A stretch of DNA of 64,000 nt. It comes from Tubulanus polymorphus (Eukaryota > Animalia > Nemertea). The DNA is taken from the NCBI RefSeq assembly GCF_964204645.1, contig NC_134036.1, forward strand, positions 5,424,600 to 5,488,599, written 5' to 3'. The notes under the pieces were generated by a model, which saw only the letters and a program-made list of their open reading frames with translations, was not told where the DNA came from and searched no databases. This document shows, one piece after another, positions 37,191 through 51,188 of the stretch (the stretch's first letter is position 1; each line of letters begins with the position of its first letter). Made by a program: the position numbers and the translations under genes.

Positions 37191-38223
37191 AAACGTCAAA
37201 GCGAACAAACAATTGAAAAATTCGATTGAACGTAATATATCATAAAACGGTAGAGATGATCGATGATATCGAAAATAGCATACGAAATTTGCGTCGTTTT
37301 GAGGACGAAATGTTTCGGGTTTTCAAGGCGGGGCGTGGTTTTCGAAGCCGAGCGCCGCGGGGGGGCTTTGCGAAAAAAGTTACGCGAACTGTATAGAATA
37401 TCGAGTGAGCAAATCAGAACCGGTATTTGAAAAACACTTAAAATGTCTAAATCGATTCGGTTAGCTTTGGATACATTTCTGAAGTAGTTTGTTAACTTTG
37501 TTTTCTTTTTTTTCCAAATTCGGGGATGATTTTAGATTAATCGTTAAACGTGTACCCGAATGCCGAAGTCAAACGCACCGAGAAGATGACTTTGAACAAA
37601 AGGAATTCGAACTTTTTTGACGCCGTAAAAACCGTTACAACAATTTTTATATGCATTGATACCAAGCATGCGTTTTAAAGGGTTCTGTGTGAGTCGTCAT
37701 CAAAATCGGCGTTTCAAAATAACAATTACAGTTGTAAAAATTGGCGGTTATTTCGTTATATGAATTCAGATTTCATAACTCGTATTTACTTCTCGAGAAA
37801 AATTCTAATAATATTGTTTTCGATAGGATGTGCACTACGTCATCAATACGGCGGGAATATGCTTAAATCCAAAATTAATTTTCAATTGAACCGATCCTTT
37901 GGATAAAGTAATTTATATCGTATTATATTGTCCATGACGTCAAGCAATATATGCGTTATTTTTGAAGGCGTTGGTAAAATTGCAAGTTAGTTTTCATGTA
38001 AGGCCATCTTCCGCAATTCTTACCAGTTCATTTTCAGTTTTGAAGATTTGAATCAGAGTGTTCTAAAGTCTAACTTACGACTGTGTTACTGGATCCAGAA
38101 TGGCGATCAAAAGCCAAAAGCGTCGTGGTTTTATTTTAGATTTAAAAACTTTATCGCACATGATATTTTAATGTGGGACTTTTGCCAATAAATTTTTTAC
38201 TTTTCACGCTAAAACAGCGATCA

Positions 38224-38358
38224 GGGGCCTAGTTTCACAAAAAAATTTAAACTCAAATTTATGGTTTAATTGCCATTGGTTACTTCGCGTGTTTTCAATG
38301 AGGACAACAATTCAAACTTAACCGTTTTAGGCTTAAACTTTTTCGTGAAACTGGGCCC
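38224..38358. mobile_element. ~135 bp MITE (Harbinger-like)
   Basis: TIR ggcctagtttcac.aaaaa.tttaa / ttaaactttttcgtgaaactgggcc with CAG at both flanks. Confidence 0.75.
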
Positions 38359-38978
38359 AGTCGGGGAAGGAGAGAGCCCGGAAAGGTTCGAGAAAAAGTA
38401 GCGAGGACAGCGGCTTCGAAGCGCTCTGCTTCATAGCGACCATCGCGTATCTAAACCGATAATTGGACTATTCAGATACCAGCCAATTCAGCATTATAGA
38501 AATGCTGATATTTATTTCAGTAAATACTAATCAGGTATAACACGACCTTACGATACAATTTGACTATTTAGAACCCTAGCCGATTGTGCGTATTTGATCA
38601 TTATAGAATGCTAACTAAAATACGACCTATTGGGCAAACCCGTTTGACAGTTCGGTATATATAAACTTAACAAAATTCAGTACAATAGCTAATCATATTC
38701 GCAGCTTCGACAGGGGATCGAGGCTATGTACTAGTGTAATCATCGCAACTTGATCGCTGGGATAGGCTGCTAAAAGTTGATTATTTAAGTTCGGAAAAAA
38801 AGGATTACGACACCCGAATAATTACAGAGTTGCGCAAGAGCCGCGATAACCCGCGGTCGAATCGATGAACACAGAGACTAAAAGTACTTTGAAGGTTGAA
38901 TAACTTCGTTGAAAGTAAGGCTTTTTTTCTCTGGCTACTATTGTACAATAGCTTCATCAGCTCAACTGAATCATTTTT

Positions 38979-39016
38979 CTGATGAGGCTATCATACATTG
39001 GCAGCGAAAGCTCTGC
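38979..39016 (+). ncRNA. Minimal hammerhead ribozyme motif (core intact, stem I weak)
   Basis: CTGATGA-g-gctatca(tacat)tggcagc-GAAA-gc-TC; palindromic AGCT stem III; a truncated inverted partner (gcttcatcag) at 38951-38960. Confidence 0.55.
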
Positions 39017-39667
39017 AAAAGAATTAGCCAACCTTCGAAGTATTTTCTCCTTCGCTTTTTAGAGAATTAGGAAAAGTTTGTCGAACTTCGTCTAGTCGCT
39101 AGGAAATAAGCTATCGCCCCGCCCTGCAAAAACTAAAAAAGACCGGATTTCAAAACTCGCTGTTGGCGATAGATAGAAAAAAAACCGAACGCGACGACCA
39201 CTCCTAACGTGTCGAATAAGGCACTTGGATGTAAGTTAGCAGACACACGCACGCGGTTGACAAGCGGATTAAAACGTGAAGTGCGGTTCATTACTGCCCG
39301 ATTGTAGTTCATCAGTCGATTGCCACAGTCGGATTTATGCTTCTGGCTGTCGGAATGTCGGTCAAATCTGATTCCTACATTCCCTTCGAGGCGGAGAGTA
39401 ATGCTCATTTTTGTGTATGCCCTCGCCACTTTTCTAATCTGTGGGTGTAATTTCTAATTCTTGAATATAGCTGGGAAGCCGCAATCACACTGGTGTTCGA
39501 CAAAATACAAAAAAGCGTTCCTAAGTTGCGTGTATATTTACTCTTGACTGGGGGCTCTTGTTCATTTCCGCAGAGCTGGAACTTTCGAATTACAAGTCTG
39601 GAACTTCCGACTCCCTCGACGAAGTATCAAGGATACTAGCAGTCAATAGCCCCACTGTTGGTGAAAT

Positions 39668-39890
39668 AAGGGGGTTCACCGAGAACCTATTGTATCGGTT
39701 CTAACCGCTGCCCTTTCGCTACAGCTGTGAGGAGAGGGGCTTCACCGAGAACCTATTGCGTCTGTTCTATTCGCTGCTCTCCCGCTACAGCTGTGATAAG
39801 AGGGGGTTCACCGAGAACCTATTGCGTCTGTTCTACTCGCTGCTCTCCCGCTACAGCTGTGAGGAGAGGGGGTTTACCGAGAACCTATTT
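39668..39890. repeat. 66 bp minisatellite (family C), ~3.5 units
   Basis: Same unit as 33100-33430. Confidence 0.94.
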
Positions 39891-40795
39891 TTCGCATGCA
39901 TCTGCATAACGCATAACCCAGTGATATTTTCAGTTAGTAGTGATATAAAGTATCTGTTATTCATCTTCGATCGGTTGATTTTTTTCGTTCACACCTATAC
40001 CGCTTACGGAAAACAACACCTGCTGGAGGCAGGCGCCGGTGAAGATCAGGCGTTTGTGATTATTTTCCGTAGTATCACAATCGCTATTATGAACATTTAC
40101 ATTTTTTTTACAAAACCGATATCGTTATCGATTCACGCAGGAGTGCGCGGTTTAATTGTTCGTTTTGGGGAAGAAGCCAACGGTTTTTTTACCCGTAGCG
40201 ATTTGCCGTCGGAAAAAAAACGAATTAAGGTTTCGTATTATGTGTTTACGTTCAAGCCTATTTCATTTGAAATGCAATAGAAATCGAAATCCTCGATTGC
40301 CGCAGGGTGGCTGAGTCCTCGTCGAAACGTGTGGGGGAAATGTGTTGAAACTTTGCTGGGCCGACTTACTGCTAGCGCCCCTGGTGGATCCTCGCTTGCC
40401 ACAGAGCGTTGCTAAGTGCTTATCGAAACATCGCTTATATAGAACAATGCCAAGTTCGGCGGCCGACTAACCGCTTTAGCGCATAGTAGATCCTCACTTG
40501 CCACAGAGCGCTCGAGGTGCTTATCTAAATGCAGAACAATACAAAGTTCACGGGGGCTGACGGATTGTTAGCGCACATGGTAGACCCCCACTTGCCACAG
40601 TAGCGTTGCTAAGCCCTTACTAAAGTTACGGACAATTAGTTGCTGTTGTCATAATCATTTATAAATTAAGTCGAACTTTGGCTGGTCGACTGTCGACTAG
40701 CGACACCTGGTGGATTCTCGCTTACCTAGAATCCTACATTGCCGCAGCAGCGTTAGTCGGGTAGCTGTTACGCCCGAATATACTACGCCCTATAT

Positions 40796-40867
40796 TACAC
40801 GCTGGCCAACTGGTTAACGCGCTTCCTTTCTGCGTCGGAGACCCGGGTTCGATCCCTGGTGAGAGCA
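40796..40867 (+). mobile_element. tRNA-derived SINE head or tRNA pseudogene
   Basis: A-box TGGCCAACTGG, B-box GGTTCGATCC, T-stem ccggg/cctgg; the acceptor stem does not pair. Confidence 0.55.
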
Positions 40868-43800
40868 CGCAATTTCACTGCCATGTTCGTTATACCGATG
40901 GTGAGCTTAAAAAATGAAAATTTGACAATTTCGCGTCATTTCAATATCTCGTTCTTTATCGTGACATACCGACTGTTCCTTTACCACACGACATTATCAA
41001 TTATTTCAACACAACAGAAATAACGAGTTGAAATTTCTTAAAATCACGAAATTTCGAGGCAGGTTTTCGCGTACCAATAGCCAACGCGAAAGTCCATAGA
41101 AATCGTGACAACGAACAGATCTCGAAGCCGCTACTGCTACTGCATGCTTCCCCGATCGGCGCGACGGACTAAGCCGCCCGGATATCGGCTGAACTAATTA
41201 CCGCCTGGGTTCGACAGCATCCGTTGTTACGATTAGCCCCGCGGTGGTGAGGTGTTTTATTTTTCACGCGCGCGCGCGAGCTAGAAAAGGCTGAACCGGT
41301 GGCTACTGTCAAGTGCAGTTATATTTATGATTATTGGCGCGGCGGTGGCCGGCGGGTAAAATTCGTTATCATCGCCGCGCGGTTTACTATGGCTTAACTA
41401 CGATGATATATAAACCATTGATGAAACACTTTTTTTCGGCGTTGTAGCCCAACACGAGAAATACGAAGTTCGTAAAGTTTCCTTCGAAAATGAGGGACAA
41501 ATGACGAATTTAGAAAAGTTTCCTGTAAGCTATTAATGTTTTGATTCGATGTTTCGACCATAACTTCACATTCTTATCAATACATTGATAATAAGGCTAC
41601 TTATATGCATGGATGCGATGTGCACTACGTCATCAATATTGCAGCTTCAAATTAACGATAATTTTGTTGATTAATGAATTTTGACTCGATGTGCACTACG
41701 TCATCAAAACTGCCGTTTCAAAACAACAATCGCAATTATGATTTTGGCATTCGTTTCGCGATTAGATATATTTCACAACCCTTATTTCAAATCGAATAAA
41801 CTATCGTATATCTTCGGTTGTAAATTTTGAGCCGATGATCTGCATTTCGTCATCAATATCGGAGCTTCAGTGGAGTAAATCACGTGTACGCGCGAATGGG
41901 CCGCGAACATGTGCGAACGATGAGCGTGATGAGACACGATATCCATTTTGACACAACGAAATACTAATTAGCCGAGATGTTAATTGACGAGGCAGTGTGA
42001 AGCGATGGCGTCGATTAGTTGATTACCTTTCGCACGGTGTTTGTTCGGTTAGTTAATTATTTAGTAATTTTTTAGCTAGCTATCGAATAGGCGTCTTAAT
42101 GAGAAAAAAATCCATTCCTTTTTACATGTGTTTCAAATGAAATAGTTAAGAGGGTTTAGGCGCATTCTTACAGCGCTAAAATATATACCGCACCAAAACA
42201 AAAATATAACGATATTCACCCCAATACTACTATATCTACTCAAAGCCCTGACCCCTGTTTCGTTCTCGGCAGGTGTGGTGGGTCTGTAACGAACACTCAA
42301 TCGAAATATTCAAACGAAATTTACCAACCAAATTAATAACAGGGTCAATCCCTACAATCCCTATTTTAAGATCCGAAACAAATTTAAACCCTAATCCAAG
42401 ACCACGCCACCTGCACTGCGCGTTTCGTTTGCTTTACTTTGCTTCATCATTTTACTCACCACCTGTACGGAATCGTCCCGGGGGGCACGCGTAAAATGAG
42501 TAAATATCTGAGGCCAGTTGCTCAAATGTTAGTTTAGTTTTACCAGTGATCGTTGGCATAGTGACGATTAAAAAAGTTCGTCGTAACTATACATTGTTTA
42601 TCCGCCGGATATCTTTTTAGCGACTGGCGCCTCGTCAGCGGATTTAAAAGAAAAGAAATTAATTTCAGGCGTTTTGCTGATGAGATATACAACTCGTCAG
42701 AAACAAACTCGATATAGCGATGCGAATATTTTTGTTTTCTAATTATTTCGAAGAGAATCGTCGTCGTTCGAAAATCGAAATCTGTTTTCATGAATTATGA
42801 ATTCATTACGAAACATGAAATACAAACGTCCAGGGGCCGGTTGCATAGCCATGCCTCAGACTTAAGACCGCTGTAAGACCATTTAAGTTCTATGGCCAAT
42901 CTTACAACCTGAGACCAGTCTTAAGATTTAAGACCACTTTTGGACCAGGGGGTCAGTTGCTCAGTGGTTGGTTCAAGATAACCGATGGGTAATTATGAGT
43001 CACTATGCAATTTCAAATGTTACTATGTCAACTATGTATCCACTGGTGGACTCGGACAAACTTTTGAGCAACCACAGCCCCAGGCGCCATTTTAACAAAT
43101 CAAAGTACTTTCCATTCGATTTCTAACCAATAATATCTGATGAAAATTAACCTAATTCCTTTTTTTTTATTCAAAAATCTAATATTCATGTTTTTTGCTC
43201 AAGCCCTACGGAACACACTGTACCTCTGGCATTTCAACAATGGATTTCAATTTTTTACATATACGGCATTTTATCCCTGACATTTCGTGATTACCGCATA
43301 ACATCCGTGTTAAAACTACATCGCGCGCGCATTCCCCGTAACTAGCGTTCATCGTTAACAAAAATATTTTGCGATAACACATAATTTCGAAGCCGGACAT
43401 ACAATTTTTTTACGCTCCATTCATTCACGCTAGATACGACCGTGTATTTTTCGTTTAATTTCGTGATTGCGTAGCAAAACAACGCTATCGCCGCACAATG
43501 CGCGTTCCGGCGACCCGCACGGAGCCCCGGACGACGCCGCGTCGGTTTAGAATATTTGCTTAAAATATCATATCGGGCGCCGAAATAAAAGCGCGCGAAC
43601 AAAAGCTCCATTCGAGCGCGCGAACGCGTCGCACACCCACGGATGTTTTCATAGTCTATATAGCGACTTATCATCGTTTTTTCGGTAACTCGATATTACA
43701 ATTAATTCGATCAATATGACGCATACGGCGGTGAGCTCGAATTTCGACTGCGAGCCGGCTTTTAGGACTCCGTAAAAACCGTTACAAAAATGTTTATAAA

Positions 43801-44439
43801 CGTTGATAGTTAATATCCGTGATTCGGAAGGGGCTCCGCGCGAGTCGACGCGCACTACGTCATCGATATCGGCGTTCCGAAATAGAAATCGCAATCGAGA
43901 ATTTAAGTGTTTAATTCGTCTCACAATTCGTACATTCGATTAATTTTTATAACCGCTTTTTTAAGAAATAGTCTAGTCAAACGTAATAGCACACGAGTTG
44001 GCAGTCGTTGCGCTTTTTACCTACATTGCACCTACTTTATGAAATTTGGGGGATTTGTACCCCGAAATATTCTCGAAGCTCGGACACTTTCACCTTTTAA
44101 ATCGCGTCTAAACAACTTTTATTAAAACGTAAAAAATTGTACGCTGTCTTCTTTTTGTCTAATTGTCTACTTCATCTGAAACAGTTTCTGAAATATTTGT
44201 CCAATAAAGTGAAATGATTATGTTACTAGACAGTGGTATAAGCAAAATAAATTATCCATCATTTATGAATGAAATAAACGAACTCAAACGCGAAGAACTG
44301 ATAATAAGATGAAAATCATCCATTATATACTGATTTAAAAGTTTCATAATCGAGAATATTCGTAGAGTAGCCGTGTTAAGCTGGTTTAAAATAAGAAACG
44401 AGACGAGTAGTACTATAAGGGTTAACCATTTATTTGACG

Positions 44440-44480
44440 CACGAGCTTTCGCTTCTAATGTATAGAAGCTTCATCAGGTG
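44440..44480 (-). ncRNA. Minimal type I hammerhead ribozyme motif (Penelope-like-element type), best copy
   Basis: Minus strand: cac-CTGATGA-a-GCTTCTA(tacat)TAGAAGC-GAAA-gc-TC-gtg. Perfect core, perfect 7 bp stem II, palindromic AGCT stem III, stem I cac/gtg, AATAAA just 3'. Confidence 0.8.
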
Positions 44481-47400
44481 AATGAGTGCAGCCAATAGAA
44501 AAACAACAGTATATTTAGGTAGACTGACGTTTATTAGAGAGAACTGAGTGACAAGAGAAATTACAAATAAATGATGAGTCACATGATAAGTAATAACTAA
44601 GTGAGTGCGTAGATAATTAATTAATTAAGGAGCAACAAACTAAAACAAATCACAGAGAAATAAATCAAAATGAAACTATATCGAAGTAAAATAAACGGAT
44701 GAGAGCATTGGATAACAAGAAATGGAAGTCCGAGATAAGTCCAGATACAACGAATAACAAACGAAATTACGTTCCGTAGTGGGACATGAATCCTAGATCG
44801 CGATTAGAGCCAAGATAGTATCACCGCGTTGAATAGGTTTTTGTTCCATGATCTCGCGCGAATGCTCGTTAGAAGCGTTCATTTTACGTAACGCGGTCAC
44901 TTTTAGGTCACTGATGGTGCGGTTCGGAAGATTGAAATGTTCGCCGAATCGAGAATGTATGAATCGATCAGAAATTAATTGAAAAATATCTTATATCAAT
45001 TTCGATTGATTGATCTAATCAATTTTTAAATATGTAAATAGTTGGTTTTTATATCATTGCTATTATCTTTTTATTATCATCAAATTATTATCATTCATTA
45101 TAATTAAAACGTAATTCTCCCCCGGGTAGAGATGACTTGTACGTGGTTTTATACTCGTGTCGACTAAAAAGTATTCATATTCTAGACTTTTCTCAATTCC
45201 TCGGATTAGCGTGAACTTAAGATGAACTTAATGCGTTCGTTTGAATATTACAAATGTTTTCGTAATGAGGCATCCTAATTTTCCGATATTGATTTTCGTG
45301 CGAACCGTTCGTTAGAAGACTAACGAACTTTCTACACGGCGGGCGTTGTCCGCGTTCATCGCAACGATTATAAAAACGGTTGCTATTTGAAGTTAAATCA
45401 GTCGTAATACGTGATAGATAACATCTAGTTCGTAGACGCTTTGTGGCGAAGATTCTGGATCTACTTGAAGCGCGAAATATCGCAACAAGTGCGCGGTACG
45501 ATCTTCATCGGCGGTAGAAACTTCGGCCGCACCCGACGAAGCTACCGTTCGCTCATTCATATGCACAGCGTTGATATCCGTTAACATTCGAATCTTAATT
45601 GGCGTTTTTTATACCCCGAAACCTTTGAACGCCGCGTAGGTCGCGTTATTAGCGGGATCTGCGTTTCTTTTCTTTTTAAATCCCAATTAAATAAACGGAG
45701 GGAGGAGACCGCACGAAAGAACCTCCACCGAAGAATCTCTTTTAATAACAATGATATAATATTAATTTACATTCTTACGAAGCTCCTACGAATTGCTGTT
45801 AATCACGACGTTTAAAATATGAAAAATATATATATATATATACATGCACATGGCGTATGTATTTTTAAAGCTTAATACCTCGCGCTAGATTAATCACCGA
45901 GCGCCTGTCATATTCATAAACCGTTAATTTGTACTTGTCGCGCGCTTTCGAGGAGATAAGTTCCAGTGAGGAAAGGAGGCGGGGAATGGCAGAGGGATGG
46001 GGGAAGAGGGTTGTGCGGAATGGGTAAGGGGATGGGAGGGGATTAGCAGATGGAGAGGGAGAGGGGGAGCAAGTGAGAGAGGGAGAGGGATTAATAGAGG
46101 GAGAGGGAGAGTGAGAGGGAAAGATGGTAGAGCGAGAGGGAGAGAGAGGGAGTGAGAAAGAGGAACAGCAATAGGGAGAGAAAGAGGGAGAAGAGGGAGA
46201 GCAAGAAGGAGGGAGAGAGTCGGGGAGAGTAAGAAAGAGGAAGAGCAAGAGGGAAAGAGGAGCGAGAGGTTTTAACTTTCAATCAATATTACCACGACGA
46301 TCATGCATCGGTAAAAATATAGCTTTTGGGTCGTGTGTGACCAGCGCGTGAACCTGTGCGCATAGACACGAAATGCGATAGGAGAAAATCCACCTTTCAT
46401 CTTCGCAAGGCGATCTTTAGAATCAGATTCCAAAAACGCGCTTTGATATCGAATCGGCGCGAACGCCCGATTTTATTAATTTTTTTTTTTTTTTTTAGAA
46501 AAAAATGCGTAACGTAAGTCAACGATTACGTCGTTTAGTCGAACGTCAACGTGGCGTTGTAACGTGTACGATGAAACGACATCCGATCCGAACGACGGCT
46601 CGAATTTCGCGCATTTCGCGAGAAAAAGACTAATCGTTTCTGTCGGCATTCGATATTCATATTTTCAATCGGAATGAACCTTCGACCGATTGAATCGACG
46701 CGTTTTTTTTCCCTAAATCACGACACGTGTATAGATTAGATAGATAGAAAGATAGATTAATTGCTAACAAAATTTGCAAATTTGCGAAGAGCAAAAGCCA
46801 GTTACAAGATACTTAGTTATACAAAATACAGACAATGAAAATTGACGGTACATACAATTGGTGGATGCGCTACGAGTGCTTTATCTGGCCTTTATAACAC
46901 TGCACTTAGGTAACAAAGTATCTTAAACATTTATTATATATAAAATGAGGTTTTTGTTTTTAATTTTACTCAAGTTGTACAAAATAACTCTTTAAAAATG
47001 TATGCGATGTAGGATTGTTTATAAAATATCGCTTGGCATACTTCCTGCGCTGGTCATTGAAAAAAAAGGACAAATAGATATAAAGCGAAATTCATCACAT
47101 AAAAGAACGGGCCCGGTTACCGCGAAGCGTCTCGACCTTCGTCGAGGCGCGGAACGGATCCGGTTGTGGATTAAGACGGCGGTAAAGCGATGGCAAAGCG
47201 TCTCGGGTTTATCAATCAGCTTTTGAGATGAGAACGTTCGATTCGAATACGCGTTTACAGCTAAGAATCGGAAAATAATCCGACTCGTCGCCAGATGGCG
47301 CTACTAACAACTAGGGTCCCGTTTATGTTTTTAGAAAGCTTTTATTTTCGAAAATAAACATGATTATTTTTCCCCTCCATGATATGCGATCGAAGTGGTA

Positions 47401-48519
47401 GGAGTGTAAAAAACCTATCTCTAAACAAGATGCCATCGATTAAGCTAAGCGTAAATGTAAAAAATGTATGATATAATATATTAGTATCGGCCATTATCAA
47501 CTATCTGCAGTCTGGGCAGTCTTAATCGCTACTATAATTGTTTATCATTAAAAAAGTATTTCTGCAAGATATTCATCGGCAGACTTTTAAGGAGTGATGT
47601 CTACACTTGACAATTATCTTCAGAACTTCGCCGGAGCCATTTCCAATCGAAAATGAACTACAAACGCCAGCCATTAGACATTTTATCAGCGCGCTTGCAA
47701 AAAAAGCATATCGTCTAACACTTCGCTGAGACATTATTATTTGAAAATGAACTAAGAACATTATATTATGTTAAATATTCTAGCAGCTTACTTTTAAAAA
47801 CCGATCGCCAACGATTTACATATTGTGACCACCTCAGACAACGAACTACAAACACCGGACATTCTGTCAACACATTTTCGATAAATGATCGCCCACACTT
47901 TACGTCTTTACGTGCGTTCAGTACTTCGCCTTTTTATTCGGAAATGAACTACAAACACGCGGTATTGAGAATTAATCAACGCACTGAAAAACTGTTCACT
48001 TCGACTTGAGAACGGAACGAGATTGATGATAATTACAACGCATGAATCGATAAATTATTTCGGTAGATTTTCGGCTACCGCGTTCGTGATTGATGCTAGC
48101 GAATCTGATGTAACCTATACGCTTTCCACAATCGCGAGTGGAACCCTCCACTGTAATCTCAGCTGCGGCGGCGTTTTATATCGCGCGATCTATAATCGCT
48201 ATCACACATCAAACGGACCGGAGTATCGATAGAAGACGGCTCGGAATAAAACGATAAGTCGACATTTCAATCAACACTGACGCGAAACGAAGAAAAACGA
48301 CTTCTGAAAATTATAACGAGCCCCGAGGCGGAGAGCGAGCGCCGGAGAATCGAGCGGGTAAAAATTAAAACTAATTACTTAAACCAATAAAAAATACAAC
48401 GTTTACGATATAACGAGATCTGCTTCGATTAAACATCGTTCGTAAATCGTGTCGGTAAAAAAAGAAAACAAATGAAAGTTTTAGCAAAAAGTAATGGGTA
48501 ACTTCTGACTCTATATATA

Positions 48520-49051
48520 ACTTAAGTAATTCTGTATAATTATGATTAGTTACTAATGACGACCTTCTCATTCTCAAATAACTTCAACGATTTAGAGAAA
48601 ACTATGATTAATTACTTAATGACTACCTTCTCATTCTTAATAACTTGAACGATTCAGTAAAATTATGATTAGTTACTGATGACGACCTTCTCGTTCTCGA
48701 TGACTTCAACGATTCAGTAAAATTATGACTAGTTACTAATGACGACCCTCCCATTCTTAATAACTTGAACGATTCAGTAAAATTATGATTAGTTACTAAT
48801 GACTACCTTCTCGTTCTCGATAACTTCAACGATTCAGTAAAATTATGATTAGTTACTAATGACGACCTTCTCGTTCTCGATAACTTCAACGATTCAGTAA
48901 AATTATGATTAGTTACTAATGACGACCTTCTCGTTCTCGATAACTTCAACGATTCAGTAAAATTATGACTAGTTACTAATGACGACCGTCTCGTTCTCGA
49001 TAACTTCAACGATTAGGAAAATTATGACTAGTTACTAATGACGACCTTCTT
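48520..49051. repeat. 60 bp minisatellite array (family B), ~9 units
   Basis: Same unit as 31905-32390. Confidence 0.96.
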
Positions 49052-49879
49052 ATTTACTACGTATCCACAATATATTTCTAGATCAAACGGGATTTCCTAA
49101 TGGCTACTGATATATTTCAAAATCACAATCGTTGCAATAGGGACTTGTTGGTCGCCGATAAGTAATCGATACCTGGTTCCAGAGTGTTTACATTAAACTG
49201 TTTATATTTTGACTGGTTCGATAATCGACTCGAAGGAAAGAAACTCTAATCGATCGCGGGGTGTTTAATTTCTTCAGTGTCAATTATAGAAAACAACCAG
49301 ACACAGAAATACTACAAATCGAATCGTTTTTAGAACTTAAACCGTTATAGCCGCGAGTTACAGCGTCGTCGAAGTCGCGGCCGTCGCGGCGTAGATAAAT
49401 ATTAGCAGTTCGGCGTTTCGTTTTGTCGAGCGAATATCGCCGAACGTGTTCGGTTACGAAGCGCCGGTTCGTTTTTCTTAGCGCGACTCGTGCGGTCGGT
49501 AATTGTGTGGAGTCGGCGGATAATTAACCGATCGATATCGACTCTTAGGTTTAGTTATTTAGGCGGTTACGCGCGCGCGCAGGTGTTCGGTTGTAGCTGA
49601 TCTTTAATTTCGGGTTTGGTTACGGGATTTGACTTTTGTTCCAGTTTCACAATATTGTGCGGTTGATTGACTCTCCTGGCTCGATTTTTGCAGCGCCCGA
49701 GAGATTCTCAAAATTGAATTCAAAAACCACCCCGACAGGTCACAAGGAATACCTGATTTTCATCACTAGAAGATTTTTAGGTCTAGATATTCTTTGTCGT
49801 GTTTTCTTGGTTTCTTGTCGATGTGGTGGGATTCCTATTCCGGGGGATGAACTCTACAATTATATAAATCAAGCTTGAC

Positions 49880-50250
49880 TGCAGGCCAAGTTCCACAGCT
49901 ATGTGGGTTCATTTTGACTTTGAATCCAGTTCCAGAGCTACGTGGGTTTAATTTGGCTCTAGTTTGACTCTAGTTCTTCCACAGTCATGTGGGATTTATT
50001 TGACTTTTCGACTCCAGATTTAGTTCCACGGTTGCGTGGGTTCAATTGGACTCTTGGCCCAGTTCCACGGGTTTGTGGGCACAGTTTTGTGGATCTAATT
50101 TGTCAATGGATCCAGTTACCCAGTTGAGTGCGTTTAATCTGACTGGATCCAGTTCCAACTGTTGTATGCATCCAGGTCCAAAGTTGCACGGGCTTAATTT
50201 GACACTGAATCCAGTCCCACAGTGGTACGCCTTTAATTTGTCCCTAGATC
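49880..50250. repeat. Degenerate ~40 bp tandem repeat
   Basis: Recurring ccagttccac.g.t..gtgggtt.aatttgact. Confidence 0.7.
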
Positions 50251-50902
50251 AAGTACAGCTCCGGCGTAAAGGTTTATAAGCACGGGACAGCTTTATTTCC
50301 AACCGGTTAACCGGCATGATTATAGGCGCTACGAAAATAAGCGTGAAATATTGTCCTCCTCGATGACATAACGCGCGATACCTGTCACCGGCTTGACTAT
50401 ACATACGGCCCCGGTGCGGCCATTCACACTACACCGCCGCGGCGTTTGACGGTAATCAAACCCACGCTGAATACATCATCATCACGGCGTTATACCCGTC
50501 ATCGGCGGTGCGGAGAAGCCATCGAACGATCGGTCCATCTCGGTCGTTCGGTCGGTCGGTCAGTTTTGCGTCGACGCGGACGAAGCTAATTCCGATGTCA
50601 TTTTCAGTTACGTCGGTCATTATACAACTAACGACCGTGACTGACGTGTGTAAGGAACGCGCTTGTCAGCAGTGCGGTCATTAGGGTATTTTTGTACCGC
50701 AATAATCGTGCTAACGGCTCGAGTCCTTTAAGAACTATTCGTGTTATCGCTATAGTCGTGTTTTGCGTTCTAAAAGAGGTTCCTTTTCTTTCGAATTTTT
50801 AACTTGAAATAGATATCGTTAGACGTGTTGTTTCATAAGATAGTTCATGGTAATGGATTCATGTTTATTTACGTAGAGTGTCCATTGCTAAAGATCTTAA
50901 AA

Positions 50903-51188
50903 GGACCGAATTGAGGATTCCCGAGGAAGACCTTCACCCGACTGAATCGAGGATTTCTCCGGGAGATACCTTCACCCGACAGAATTGAGGATTTCTCGGG
51001 GAAGACCTTCACCCGACAGAATTGAGGATGTCCCGGAGAAGACCATCACCCGACCGAATTTAGGATTTCCGGAGATATACCTTTACCCTCCAGGTATGGG
51101 GATTCCCGTGGTAGACCTTAAGATCTTCGCCTGACAGAATTAAGGATTCCTGCGCCGAAGATCTTCACCCGAACGAAAGTTCACCCAA
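50903..51188. repeat. ~38 bp tandem repeat
   Basis: Unit gaagaccttcacccgacagaattgaggatttcccgg. Confidence 0.85.

Noticed and set aside
40796-40867. Functional tRNA gene (also B-box hits at ~8316, 19021, 19071, 54444, 56070)
   Set aside because: Acceptor and anticodon stems do not pair; consistent with SINE heads.
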